Source: an uncultured Actinomycetes bacterium (GTDB lineage Bacteria > Actinomycetota > Thermoleophilia > Gaiellales > Gaiellaceae). Taken from it: DNA of 64,000 nucleotides. Numbering within the stretch: the stretch's first letter is position 1; the number at the start of each line of letters is the position of its first letter. The notes below the pieces were generated by a model, which did not search any database, had not been told where the DNA came from, and worked only from the letters and a program-made list of their open reading frames with translations. Below are positions 1 through 8,979 of this stretch, piece after piece. The stretch lies in assembly GCA_963763475.1 (NCBI GenBank), contig CAVXOR010000003.1, positions 174,334 through 238,333 on the forward strand, given 5' to 3'. A program made the translations under genes and the position numbers.

Positions 1-362
1 GCGGGCGTCTGGAACTCGGGGTCGTTCCCGATGTACCCGTCGATCACGATCATCTCCTGCTCGGCGATGTACTCGTCCTGAGCAGCGGCCCAGCGCTCGC
101 CATCCTCGCGGGTAATCGCCTGGTTCTGGCCGTCGGGCTCGTCGGTGACGATGTACGTCGACTTCTTGGAGCGGCTGACGACCTGCGTCTGGACGTTGAC
201 GTTGCCGTAGTCGGTCCAGCGCGCGTTCGGCATGCGCGCGGCGAGCTCTTTCAGCTCGTCCGCGTCTGGATTGTCGGTGACGGCCGCCGCATCCGGCAGC
301 CGGAAGAGCATCTTCGCCACGGCGGGGAGCATACCCACGAGCCGTTTTTCCGATTCCTGCAT
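1..362 (-). CDS. Partial CDS (N-terminal ~120 aa; continues past the window start); weak resemblance to the N-terminus of ATP-type PEP carboxykinase
   Basis: Minus-strand ATG at 362, GC3-rich open frame to position 1: MQESEKRLVGMLPAVAKMLFRLPD...YGNVNVQTQVVSRSKKSTYIVTDEPD...MIVIDGYIGNDPEF. The segment SRSKKSTYIVTD resembles the PEPCK GRSPKDKYIVRD region only loosely. Not in the ORF track because it is truncated by the window edge. Confidence 0.5.
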   Translation of the reverse strand, partial: MQESEKRLVGMLPAVAKMLFRLPDAAAVTDNPDADELKELAARMPNARWTDYGNVNVQTQVVSRSKKSTYIVTDEPDGQNQAITREDGERWAAAQDEYIAEQEMIVIDGYIGNDPEFQTP

Positions 363-409
363 CCGTTCGAGGGCCGCGAGCCGCAGTTGTTCCGATAGCG
401 TCCGATCCG

Positions 410-2092
410 GTGGAAGCGAAGCACGACGTGCTCGTTGTCGGGGCCGGCTGCGCGGGGATGCGCGCGGCCATCGAGGCGCACGATGCGGGCGCCGACGTAG
501 CGCTCATCTCGAAGATCCATCCCACGCGCAGCCACTCGGGCGCGGCCGAGGGCGGGATCAACGCCGCACTCGGAAATGCGTCCGAGGACGACCCCGAGAA
601 GCACGCCTTCGACACCGTCAAGGGCTCCGACTACCTGGGCGACCAGGATGCGATCGAAATCCTCTGCAACGAGGCGCCCGACGACGTCTACCAGCTGGAG
701 CACTGGGGCGCGGTCTTCTCGCGCACCGACGACGGACGGATCGCGCAGCGCCCGTTCGGCGCAGCCGGTGAGCCGCGCACCGCCTATGCGGCCGACATCA
801 CGGGGCACGTGCTCGTCCACGTCCTCTACGAGCAGGTGATGAAGCGGGATCTCAAGGTCTACGAGGAGTTCTTCGTCTGGAAGCTCGTCGAGCACGAGGA
901 CCGTTGCCAGGGCGTGATCGCCTGGAATCTGCTCGACGGCGGGCTCGCCACGATCGGGGCGAAGACGGTGATCCTGGCGACTGGCGGCGCGGGTCGGCTC
1001 TACACCGGCACGACGAACGCGTACGCCTGCACCGGCGACGGGATGGCGCAGGCGCTGCGGCTCGGAGTCGCGCTCGAGGACATGGAGATGATGCAGTTCC
1101 ACCCGACGACCCTCGCGCCGACGGGCGTGCTCATCACCGAGGGCTGTCGCGGCGAGGGCGCCTACCTGCTGAACTCGGAGGGCGAGCGCTTCCTCAAGCG
1201 CTACGCGCCGAACGCGATGGAGCTCGCCTCGCGCGACGTCATCTCGCGAGCCGAGCAGACCGAGATCGACGAGGGCCGCGGCGTCGACGGGAACGTCCTG
1301 CTCGACCTGCGCCATCTCGGGGCGGAGAAGATCCTCGAGCGGCTGCACGGCACGCGCGAGCTGTCGATGGTCTTCGCCGGCGTCGACCCGATCCACGAGC
1401 CGATCCCGGTGCGGCCGGGCGCGCACTACCACATGGGCGGCGTCGACACCGACGTCTGGGGCCGCACCACGCTGGAAGGCCTGTATGCAGCCGGCGAGTG
1501 CGCGTGCGTCTCGGTCCACGGCGCGAACCGGCTCGGCGGTAACGCACTGATGGAGACGATCACCTTCGGCAAGCGCGCCGGCGCCCACGCGGCGGACTGG
1601 GCACTGACCCACACCACCGTCGAGGTTCCGCAGAGCGCCGAGGCCGACGCGCAGCGTGAAATCGAGGAGCTGCTCGAGCGCACCGACGGCGAGCGGCCGT
1701 GGTCAATTCGCAACGAGCTGGCCGAGACGATGCACGAGAATTTCGGCGTCTTCCGGCGCGAGGAGCAGATGCGCAAGCAGGAGGGAATCGTCGACGGCCT
1801 CCGCGAGCGCTACGAGCAGGTAGTCGTCGAGGACAAGGGCGACGTCTTCAACAACGACCTGACGCAGGCGCTCGAGCTCGGCTTCCTGCTCGACCTCGCC
1901 TCCTGCATGGTCGTCGCAGGGATCGAGCGCAAGGAGAGCCGCGGCGCCCATGCGCGGCCGCACGACTTCCCCGAGCGCGACGACGAGAACTTCATGCGCC
2001 ACACGATCGTGACGATGGAGCACGGTGCCCCGAGGCTCGGCTGGAAGCCGGTCACGAGCACGAAGTGGCAGCCGATGGAGCGCACGTACTGA
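410..2092 (+). CDS. sdhA: Succinate dehydrogenase / fumarate reductase flavoprotein subunit
   Basis: 560-aa ORF with GTG start. FAD dinucleotide motif VVGAGCAGMRAA, covalent-FAD His motif HPTRSHSGAAEGG, conserved SdhA/FrdA core (HPTT, RLGGNALME). Confidence 0.95.
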   Translation: MEAKHDVLVVGAGCAGMRAAIEAHDAGADVALISKIHPTRSHSGAAEGGINAALGNASEDDPEKHAFDTVKGSDYLGDQDAIEILCNEAPDDVYQLEHWGAVFSRTDDGRIAQRPFGAAGEPRTAYAADITGHVLVHVLYEQVMKRDLKVYEEFFVWKLVEHEDRCQGVIAWNLLDGGLATIGAKTVILATGGAGRLYTGTTNAYACTGDGMAQALRLGVALEDMEMMQFHPTTLAPTGVLITEGCRGEGAYLLNSEGERFLKRYAPNAMELASRDVISRAEQTEIDEGRGVDGNVLLDLRHLGAEKILERLHGTRELSMVFAGVDPIHEPIPVRPGAHYHMGGVDTDVWGRTTLEGLYAAGECACVSVHGANRLGGNALMETITFGKRAGAHAADWALTHTTVEVPQSAEADAQREIEELLERTDGERPWSIRNELAETMHENFGVFRREEQMRKQEGIVDGLRERYEQVVVEDKGDVFNNDLTQALELGFLLDLASCMVVAGIERKESRGAHARPHDFPERDDENFMRHTIVTMEHGAPRLGWKPVTSTKWQPMERTY

Positions 2093-2865
2093 TGCGCCGG
2101 CTCGCGCTGGCCGGAACGGTCGCGCTCGTCGCGACCGGCTGTGGCGGTGGCGGCGGGTCGTCCGCCTCCCCGGACGACATTGCAGACGCGGCCTCGAAGA
2201 CCGCAAAGGCGGGCAGCCTCGAAGCCGACTTCGCGGTCTCGGCCCAGGGCCTCTCCGGGCGCGGCAGCGGCATCTTCAACAGCAAGGACCGCACGGGCCA
2301 GCTGAAGATGACGCTGGACGCGCGCGGACGGCAGATCCCGGTCGACACGGTGGTGGCGGGCGACGTGGTCTACCTCCGCTCGCCGGCCTTCGCGCAGGCA
2401 ACCACCCAGGACAAGCAGTGGATCAAGCTCGACCTGGCCGCGCTCGGGAGCCGGCAGGGGAACACCGACCTGAGCGGGTTCCTCGATGCCAGCCCGACAC
2501 CCACCAACGCGCTCGCCTACCTGCAGGGCTCCTCGCAGGTCGACAAGGTCGGCTCGGAGTCCATCGGCGGCGTGGACACGACCCACTACGCCGTCTCCGC
2601 GAACCTCGACCAGGCCGCCCAGCACTCGAGCGGCGCCACGCGGGACGCTGTTCAGGGCGTGATCTCGCAGAGCGGCGTGAAGAAGCTTCCCCTCGACGTC
2701 TGGCTCGACGCGAACGGCTACATTCGCAAGGTGAGCTACGACGAGCACGCGGGCCGGCGGCAGGCGGCCAAGGTCACGATGGAGCTGCACGACTTCGGCT
2801 CTCCCGTCGAGATCACCGCCCCGCCGAGCGACTCGGTCGTCGACCTCACCAGGATGGTCGGCTAA
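2092..2865 (+). CDS. Putative secreted lipoprotein (LolA/LprG-like fold suspected), embedded in the sdh operon
   Basis: In-frame ATG at 2092 overlaps the sdhA stop (TGATG). N-terminus MRRLALAGTVALVATGC gives a signal peptide plus lipobox Cys, followed by a Gly/Ser linker. Lies inside the longer track ORF 1699..2865. Confidence 0.75.
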   Translation: MRRLALAGTVALVATGCGGGGGSSASPDDIADAASKTAKAGSLEADFAVSAQGLSGRGSGIFNSKDRTGQLKMTLDARGRQIPVDTVVAGDVVYLRSPAFAQATTQDKQWIKLDLAALGSRQGNTDLSGFLDASPTPTNALAYLQGSSQVDKVGSESIGGVDTTHYAVSANLDQAAQHSSGATRDAVQGVISQSGVKKLPLDVWLDANGYIRKVSYDEHAGRRQAAKVTMELHDFGSPVEITAPPSDSVVDLTRMVG

Positions 2866-3029
2866 GTGAGCACCCCGGCAATGACCGCGTGTCTCTCGCC
2901 CGCCATCACGCGGCCCCGGATCTCACCCTCGCCCTTGCCCAGGCAACCAGCCTGGGCCGCGGGCGAGTGCGACCTCCGGCTTGGTGCTAGCGACCGAGAG
3001 CCGACGCATCATCACCGAGGTACTCACTA

Positions 3030-4109
3030 ATGGACGTCGCCCTCAAGATCTGGCGCTACAACCCGCAAGCCGGCGAGCGCGAGCTGCGCGAGTACCAGGT
3101 GGACGCGCCGGAGTGGGCCTGCCTACTCGACGTGCTCGACCTGATCAAGGACAAGCACGACGGCTCACTCGCCTACCGCAAGAGCTGCCGGATGATGATC
3201 TGCGGTTCCTGCGGCATGCGCATGGACGGGCGCGCGGTGCTCGCCTGCAAGGAGCGGATGAAGCCGATCGTCGACGCCGGGCACGTGCCGGTGATCGCGC
3301 CGATGGGGAACATGCCGGTGCTGAAGGACCTGGTCGTCGACATGGCGCCCTTCTGGAACAAGATCCGCTCGGTCAAGCCCTGGCTCGACTCGGGGTACGA
3401 CGAGGTCGCGGAGAAGGAGCGCATCGTCTCGCAGCAGCAGATGAACGCGATCCACAAGGAGGCGCTCTGCATCATGTGCGGCTGCTGCGTCTCGGAGTGC
3501 AACTCGATGGAGTCGGACCCGGAGTTCATGGGGCCGGCGGCGCTCGCGAAGGGGTTCCGCTTCGTCGGCGACGTCCGCGACCAAGCTGACGTTGCGCGCT
3601 TGAACGAGTACAACCAGGAGCATGGGATCTGGGACTGCACGCGCTGCTACTTCTGCAATGAGCGCTGCCCCAAGGGCGTCGACCCGCGCGACGCGATCGC
3701 CAAGCTCGGCGCCGAGTCGATCAAGCAGAAGGTCGACCACGACATGGGTGCCAAGCACGCGAAGTGGTTCGTCAAGTCCGCCGAGACGACCGGCTGGCTG
3801 CGCGAGACCGAGCTCGTGCCGAAGACGCAGGGCGTCGTCTCCGCGGTCAAGGAGATCGGCTTCGCCCTGAACCTCGCGCGAAAAGGCAAGGTGCCGCCGC
3901 CGTTCCCGCCGCACGTGGCCAAGGACGTCAAGGAGGCCCGGGCGCTGCACGACCTCGTGCGTCAGCAGGGACGCGAGGGCGCGGCCGGCATCGTCCAGGG
4001 CGAGAAGGGGCTCGCGATGATCGAGCACGTCCTCGAGGCCGATCCCGATCACGCGGCGGCCAGCCGGATCGATCCCCAGGAGTCAGGAGGTAAGAGTGGC
4101 GGCGACTGA
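3030..4109 (+). CDS. sdhB: Succinate dehydrogenase / fumarate reductase iron-sulfur subunit with a ~110-aa C-terminal extension
   Basis: 2Fe-2S motif CRMMICGSCG...C; 4Fe-4S and 3Fe-4S motifs CIMCGCCVSEC and CTRCYFCNERCP. The tail after about aa 245 has no SdhB counterpart. Confidence 0.9.
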   Translation: MDVALKIWRYNPQAGERELREYQVDAPEWACLLDVLDLIKDKHDGSLAYRKSCRMMICGSCGMRMDGRAVLACKERMKPIVDAGHVPVIAPMGNMPVLKDLVVDMAPFWNKIRSVKPWLDSGYDEVAEKERIVSQQQMNAIHKEALCIMCGCCVSECNSMESDPEFMGPAALAKGFRFVGDVRDQADVARLNEYNQEHGIWDCTRCYFCNERCPKGVDPRDAIAKLGAESIKQKVDHDMGAKHAKWFVKSAETTGWLRETELVPKTQGVVSAVKEIGFALNLARKGKVPPPFPPHVAKDVKEARALHDLVRQQGREGAAGIVQGEKGLAMIEHVLEADPDHAAASRIDPQESGGKSGGD

Positions 4110-4995
4110 GCCGAAGCGCGTCGCGTACTACAAGGGCTGCCTCGCCTCGCTCTCTGCGAAGGAGCTCGACACCTCGACGCAGGCACTCGCCCCGAAGCTC
4201 GGGCTGGAGCTGGAGGAGCTGGAGTCGGTCACCTGCTGCGGCGCCGGAGACATCCACGAGGCCGAGCCCGACTACTACCTGCACCTGAACGCACGCATTC
4301 TCGCCTACGCCGAGCAGACCGGCAGCGACACACTGATGACGATCTGCAACGTCTGCACGCTGAACCTGCGGCAGGCGAACTGGCAGCTGAAGAACGACGA
4401 CGAGCTCCGCGCGCGGGTGAGCGCGAACCTCGAGACCGTCGGCGCGCCCCCATACGAGGGAACCGTCGAGGTCAAGCACCTGCTCTGGCTGATCGCCGAG
4501 GGCGACGGCTACGAGCAGCTCAAGGGTGTCGCGCACAAGGGACTCAAGGGCCTCAAGATCGCGCCCTTCTACGGTTGCCAGATCCTGCGGCCTTCGAAGA
4601 TCCTCGGCTTCGAGGATCCCGACCGGCCGTGGTCGCTCGAGGCGATCATCGAGGCCTGCGGCGGCGAGCCGGTCGACTACCCGGCCAAGATCAAGTGCTG
4701 CGGCTTCCCGATCATCCAGGCCCGCGAGGAGACCGCGCTCGGCGAGCTGATCCAGCCGATCGAGCAGGCCAGCGAGGCCGGCGCCGATGCGATCGTCACG
4801 CCCTGCCCGCTCTGCCACCTCTCGCTCGACGCGTGGCAGTCGAAGCTGAAGAAGGCGACCGGCAAGGACTTCGCGATGCCGATCCTGCACCTCTCGCAGC
4901 TGATCGGGGTCGCGGCCGGGCTCGAGGAGTCCGAGCTGAAGTTCAAGCGACACGTGGTCTCGGTCGACCCGGTCGTCGAGAAGCTCGAAGCCTAG
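4096..4995 (+). CDS. CCG-domain cysteine-rich protein (HdrB/SdhE/GlpC-like), probable membrane-associated subunit of a type-E-like succinate:quinone oxidoreductase
   Basis: Two CCG motifs (VTCCGAGD, IKCCGFPI) plus CPLCH. AGGAGG Shine-Dalgarno before the GTG start; 14-bp overlap with the sdhB end. Confidence 0.85.
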   Translation: MAATEPKRVAYYKGCLASLSAKELDTSTQALAPKLGLELEELESVTCCGAGDIHEAEPDYYLHLNARILAYAEQTGSDTLMTICNVCTLNLRQANWQLKNDDELRARVSANLETVGAPPYEGTVEVKHLLWLIAEGDGYEQLKGVAHKGLKGLKIAPFYGCQILRPSKILGFEDPDRPWSLEAIIEACGGEPVDYPAKIKCCGFPIIQAREETALGELIQPIEQASEAGADAIVTPCPLCHLSLDAWQSKLKKATGKDFAMPILHLSQLIGVAAGLEESELKFKRHVVSVDPVVEKLEA

Positions 4996-5025
4996 GCACC
5001 GACTTGCGGTGCCGGTCCAAGAGCC

Positions 5026-5856
5026 GTGCGAGCTTCGCTCGTGCGGCGTCCTAATCTGGTCAAGCTCGGCGGCGCCGCCGCCGCGGCCGGGCTCGCGTGG
5101 GGGCATTTCGAGGCCGGCTGGGTCAAGCTCGAGACATTGCCCTGTCCGCTGCCGGGCCTACCGCCGGAGCTGGACGGCCTCCGGATCGCGCACCTCTCGG
5201 ACTTCCACCTGGGCGTGCCGTCGCGCGGGACGGCGGCGGTCGAGCGCGCGGTCGAATGGGTCGAGCAGCGGCAACCCGACCTGACGCTGATCAGCGGCGA
5301 CCTGCTCTCACGCCGGAGCGGTGAGCCGCAGCTGCGGGCGTTGCTCGCGCGACTCCCGCGCTGCTTCGCGGTGCTCGGCAACCACGACTTCGCCTCGAGC
5401 CGCGATCCGTTCTCGCACCCCGCGGCCGTGGCCGACCTCGAGCCGGCCACGCTGCTCGCCGACGACGCGCGCACGATCGAGCTCCACGGGCGCCGCGTTC
5501 AGATCGCCGGCGTCGATCCGCGCACCTTTCGACGGCGCCTCACGCAGCCGGAGCGGCTGGTGGACGAGAGCGCCGACCTGCGGATCCTGCTCTGCCACTT
5601 CCCCGACGTGATCGACCGCCTGCCGGAGGGCGCGTTCCAGCTCGTGCTCGCGGGCCACCTGCACGCGGGCCAGATCTGCCTGCCCTGGCCGGGCGGGCGC
5701 CTGCGGCTGGCGCACATCCGGTGGAGCTACATCCGCGGCCTCTACCGCCGGCCTGCCGGGACGCTGCACCTCTCGGCCGGCCTCGGGACGACGTTTGTCC
5801 CCTTTCGCTTCCTCGCGCGGCCTGAGGCGACGGAGCTGATCCTAGAATCAAGCTGA
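5026..5856 (+). CDS. Metallophosphoesterase (calcineurin-like)
   Basis: Motifs LSDFHLG, SGDLL, LGNHDF, GHLH. Hydrophobic N-terminal segment. Confidence 0.85.
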   Translation: MRASLVRRPNLVKLGGAAAAAGLAWGHFEAGWVKLETLPCPLPGLPPELDGLRIAHLSDFHLGVPSRGTAAVERAVEWVEQRQPDLTLISGDLLSRRSGEPQLRALLARLPRCFAVLGNHDFASSRDPFSHPAAVADLEPATLLADDARTIELHGRRVQIAGVDPRTFRRRLTQPERLVDESADLRILLCHFPDVIDRLPEGAFQLVLAGHLHAGQICLPWPGGRLRLAHIRWSYIRGLYRRPAGTLHLSAGLGTTFVPFRFLARPEATELILESS

Positions 5857-6149
5857 TGGAAGGCACCGCGAGCGTCGCCGGCGACGTCCTGGCCAGCTAC
5901 GCGGCCGACGCGGCCCGCGAGGTGGAAGGCGTCGCCGGGTTGGTCGAGGGCAGGCTGCCCCGGCAGAGCGCGGTGCGGGTCACCGTGGAGGATGGGGTCA
6001 CGGTCGAGCTGCATCTCGAGCTCGCAGCGGGAGCGGCGGCCCAGGAGGTCGGCGCCGAGGTTCAGCGCCGTGTGGCCGACTACCTTGAGCGGATGGCCGG
6101 CGCGCGACCCAGCGTGGTGGACGTGGTCGTCGACGAGGTCGCCTCGTGA
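5856..6149 (+). CDS. Asp23/Gls24-family (alkaline shock-like) protein
   Basis: 97 aa; the start overlaps the upstream stop (TGATG). VAGDVLASYAADAAREVEGVAG is typical of an Asp23 N-terminus. Confidence 0.7.
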   Translation: MEGTASVAGDVLASYAADAAREVEGVAGLVEGRLPRQSAVRVTVEDGVTVELHLELAAGAAAQEVGAEVQRRVADYLERMAGARPSVVDVVVDEVAS

Positions 6150-6775
6150 GCATCCGCATCGGCGGCCTGACCGGTGCGACCCTCGAGCACGCGCCGACGG
6201 TCTGCCACACCTGCATGTGGTGGCAGTCGCGCACCGGCGGCCGCGAGCGCGACAAGCGCCGCTGGATCGAGAAGGCCGAGACCGAGTTCGGCGCCTGGGG
6301 AACGATCTACTACGACGACGACGGCCGAGCGCTCGGCTCGATGCAGTACGGCCCGGCGCGCCTCTTCCCGCGCGCCGCGGAGCTGCCGGCAGGCCCGCCG
6401 TCCGACGACGCTGTCCTCGTCACCTGCGCCTACCTCGTCGACCGGTCGAGCCCGTGGGTGCTGCAGTCGCTCTTTCTCGCGGCGATCGGCGAGGCGAAGG
6501 ACAAGGGCGCCGCCGCGCTGGAGACGTTTGCCTACCGCTACCCGGAGGGCGAGTCCGAGTACGAGCGCTTCCTCGTCCACCGCACCGTCTTCCCGCACGA
6601 CTTCCTGGCCGACTTCGGCTTCCGGCCGATCCGCTCCTCGGGGCCAGTCGACCTGGCTCGGCTGGAGCTCGGCGGGCTCGTACCGGTGCTCGAGGGCAAG
6701 CGCGCAAAGGTGCTGCGCGCCTTGCGGGAAACCTTCCTGCCCGAGCCGCTCCCGGCACCGAAGCCTCCCGGCTGA
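6146..6775 (+). CDS. Conserved hypothetical protein (possible GNAT-like fold; function unknown)
   Basis: 209-aa ORF with a GTGA overlap to the Asp23 gene. CHTCMWW motif near the N-terminus; coding-like composition. Confidence 0.6.
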   Translation: MSIRIGGLTGATLEHAPTVCHTCMWWQSRTGGRERDKRRWIEKAETEFGAWGTIYYDDDGRALGSMQYGPARLFPRAAELPAGPPSDDAVLVTCAYLVDRSSPWVLQSLFLAAIGEAKDKGAAALETFAYRYPEGESEYERFLVHRTVFPHDFLADFGFRPIRSSGPVDLARLELGGLVPVLEGKRAKVLRALRETFLPEPLPAPKPPG

Positions 6776-6830
6776 GCCGTTTCCCGCTCTCGCGTCCGGT
6801 TCTTTCGGCTAGGCCGCTCTAACTCTTGGG

Positions 6831-8264
6831 GTGGTCAAAAAGGGGGAGCCGACGTGGTACGAAGTGACCATGCGGTTGAGCCCGCGCTACCGGACCGTGC
6901 TCGCGGCCGACCTGGCCGGCGGGTTGACCACGCTCGTGGTGGTGCTCCCGTTCGTCCATTTCGCCTACAAGAGCGCGCCTCTCCACGCCACGATCGAGAC
7001 TGCCTGCGGCCTGATCGCGCTGCTCGTCGCTTTCCTCATGCTCGGCAGGTACCACCGGACGGCACGGAGCGACGACCTGGCGATCGCGCTCGCGCTGGGA
7101 CTCTTCGCCTGCGCGAACTTCGTCTTCACGGCGATGCCGTGGGCGCTCCTGAGCAAGGAGTCGATGCGCTTCTCCACGTGGGTGTCGCTGATCCTGGCCG
7201 TCGCGGGCGGCGCGGTGTTCGCCGCTGCCTCCTGGCTCCCGAGCCGGCGTCTCGATCGTCCTCGCCGCTCGCTGCACATCGCCGCGGCCGTGGCGATTGT
7301 GGGGACCGCCGTCGTCGTGGTGGTGGTCGCCATTGTCCACTCGCGCCTCCCGCTCGGGTTCGATCCGCAGATGGCCGCGCCACCACACAGGATCACGACC
7401 CCGGTCGGGGCACAGCCGCTCGTGACGATGCAGTTCCTGGCGGCGGCACTGTTCATGTTCGCCGCCCTGGGCTTCACGCGGCGAGGCGAGCGCACCGGCG
7501 ACGATCTGATGACGTGGTTCGCGGCCAGCGCGGCCCTGGCGTCCTTCGCGCGCGTGAACTATGGGCTCTTCCCGTCGCTCTACACGCAGTGGGTCTATGT
7601 CGGGGACGCGCTTCGGCTGGCGTCGTACCTGTTGCTCCTGATCGGAGCGGCGCGAGAGATTCAGGCGTACCAGCTGCGCCTGGCGGAGGCGGCGGCCGCA
7701 GAGGAGCGGCGCCGAATCGCCCGCGAGCTCCACGACGGGCTCGCGCAGGAGCTCGCCTTCGTGGCGGCCCAGGGTCGTGCCCTCAGCCGCAGCCCGGACG
7801 CGATCGACGTCAAGTACCTCGCCAACGCGGCAGAGCGGGCGCTCGACGAGTCCCGCCGGGCGATCGCACTGCTCACGCACTCGCCGGATGAGCGGTTCGA
7901 CCTCGCGCTCGTGCAGACCGTCGAGGAGCTGGTCAACCGCGCGGGCCGGCGCGCGCGCTTCGACGTCGAAGAGGGGGTCGAGGTACCGGCGAAGACGCGC
8001 GAGGCGCTCTTGCGGATCGTCCGCGAGGCGGTCACCAATGCCAGCCGCCACGGGCAGGCGGAAACGATCGAGGTGACGCTCGAGAACGGCGACGGCATCC
8101 GGCTCCTCGTGGCGGACGACGGCATCGGGTTCGACCCAGCCGAGCTCGATGGCGGAGGCTTCGGGCTCTCCACCATGCGCGCCCGCACCCACGATCTCGG
8201 GGGCGAGCTCACGATCACGCCTCGACCCGAGGGCGGGACGGAGGTCGAGGTCGTGATTCCGTGA
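6831..8264 (+). CDS. Membrane sensor histidine kinase (HisKA_3 / NarL-partner type)
   Basis: About six predicted TM helices. H-box ERRRIARELHDGLAQEL; HATPase motifs VTNASRHG, DDGIGF, GGFGLSTM. The start could instead be the in-frame ATG at 6870. Confidence 0.9.
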   Translation: MVKKGEPTWYEVTMRLSPRYRTVLAADLAGGLTTLVVVLPFVHFAYKSAPLHATIETACGLIALLVAFLMLGRYHRTARSDDLAIALALGLFACANFVFTAMPWALLSKESMRFSTWVSLILAVAGGAVFAAASWLPSRRLDRPRRSLHIAAAVAIVGTAVVVVVVAIVHSRLPLGFDPQMAAPPHRITTPVGAQPLVTMQFLAAALFMFAALGFTRRGERTGDDLMTWFAASAALASFARVNYGLFPSLYTQWVYVGDALRLASYLLLLIGAAREIQAYQLRLAEAAAAEERRRIARELHDGLAQELAFVAAQGRALSRSPDAIDVKYLANAAERALDESRRAIALLTHSPDERFDLALVQTVEELVNRAGRRARFDVEEGVEVPAKTREALLRIVREAVTNASRHGQAETIEVTLENGDGIRLLVADDGIGFDPAELDGGGFGLSTMRARTHDLGGELTITPRPEGGTEVEVVIP

Positions 8265-8896
8265 GCGAGCCGCTGCGGGTCGTGATCGCCGACGACCATC
8301 ACCTCACGCGCGTGGGCGTGCGTCTCGCGCTCGAGCGTGGGGGCTTCGTGGTCTGTGCCGAGGCCGAAGATGCAGCCTCAGCCGTTGCAGCGGCCGAGCG
8401 CGAGCAGCCGGACATCTGCCTGCTCGACATCCAGATGCCCGGCAGCGGTATTCATGCGGCCGAGGCGATCGCTCAACTGGTGCCCGACGCGGCGGTCGTG
8501 ATGCTGACGGTCTCGCGCAGCGACCGCGATCTCTTCGACGCCCTCCGCGCCGGCGCCTTCGGCTACCTGCTGAAGGACATGGATCCGGAGCGCCTACCGC
8601 TGGCGTTGCACGGGGTGCTCGAGGGCGAGGCCGCCCTCCCGCGGCACCTCGTAGCGCTGGTGATCGAAGAGTTCCGCGAGCGCGGCCGGCGGCGTCCGCT
8701 GCTGAAGAAGCGGGGCGTCGTACTGACCAACCGGGAGTGGGAGGTCCTGGAGCTGATGAGCCAGGGCCTAACGACCTTCGAGATCGCCGACCGCCTCTTT
8801 GTCGAGCCGGTGACGGTCCGAACGCACGTGAGTGCAATTCTCAAGAAACTCCACGTTTCCAGCAGGAAAGAAGCGCTGCAACTGATCGAGCGCTGA
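8261..8896 (+). CDS. Response regulator, NarL/LuxR family
   Basis: GTGA overlap with the kinase gene. Receiver residues are all present (DD in VVIADDHH, D in LLDIQMPG, T in LTVS, K in GYLLKD). C-terminal LuxR helix-turn-helix. Confidence 0.9.
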   Translation: MSEPLRVVIADDHHLTRVGVRLALERGGFVVCAEAEDAASAVAAAEREQPDICLLDIQMPGSGIHAAEAIAQLVPDAAVVMLTVSRSDRDLFDALRAGAFGYLLKDMDPERLPLALHGVLEGEAALPRHLVALVIEEFRERGRRRPLLKKRGVVLTNREWEVLELMSQGLTTFEIADRLFVEPVTVRTHVSAILKKLHVSSRKEALQLIER

Positions 8897-8914
8897 GCCG
8901 CGCCGGCCGGTGAC

Positions 8915-8934
8915 GCGTTGAGGAATCTCAACGC
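8915..8934. promoter_or_regulatory. Perfect 8-bp inverted repeat GCGTTGAG-GAAT-CTCAACGC; candidate operator or weak terminator hairpin
   Basis: Lies 19 nt after the first regulator stop and about 45 nt before the second regulator start. A 27-nt version (21/27 identical) recurs at 9724-9750. Confidence 0.45.
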
Positions 8935-8979
8935 GCCTCTGTAGAGCCAGCGCACCCACCGCGGTACGGTGTCAGCACT

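Noticed and set aside
251-1612. A 453-aa minus-strand ORF antisense to sdhA
   Set aside because: It is a mirror ORF of a strongly supported gene, typical of high-GC DNA, with no motifs and an Arg/Ala/Val-rich composition. The same reasoning applies to 1810..2790(-), 3165..4052(-) and 3928..5106(-).
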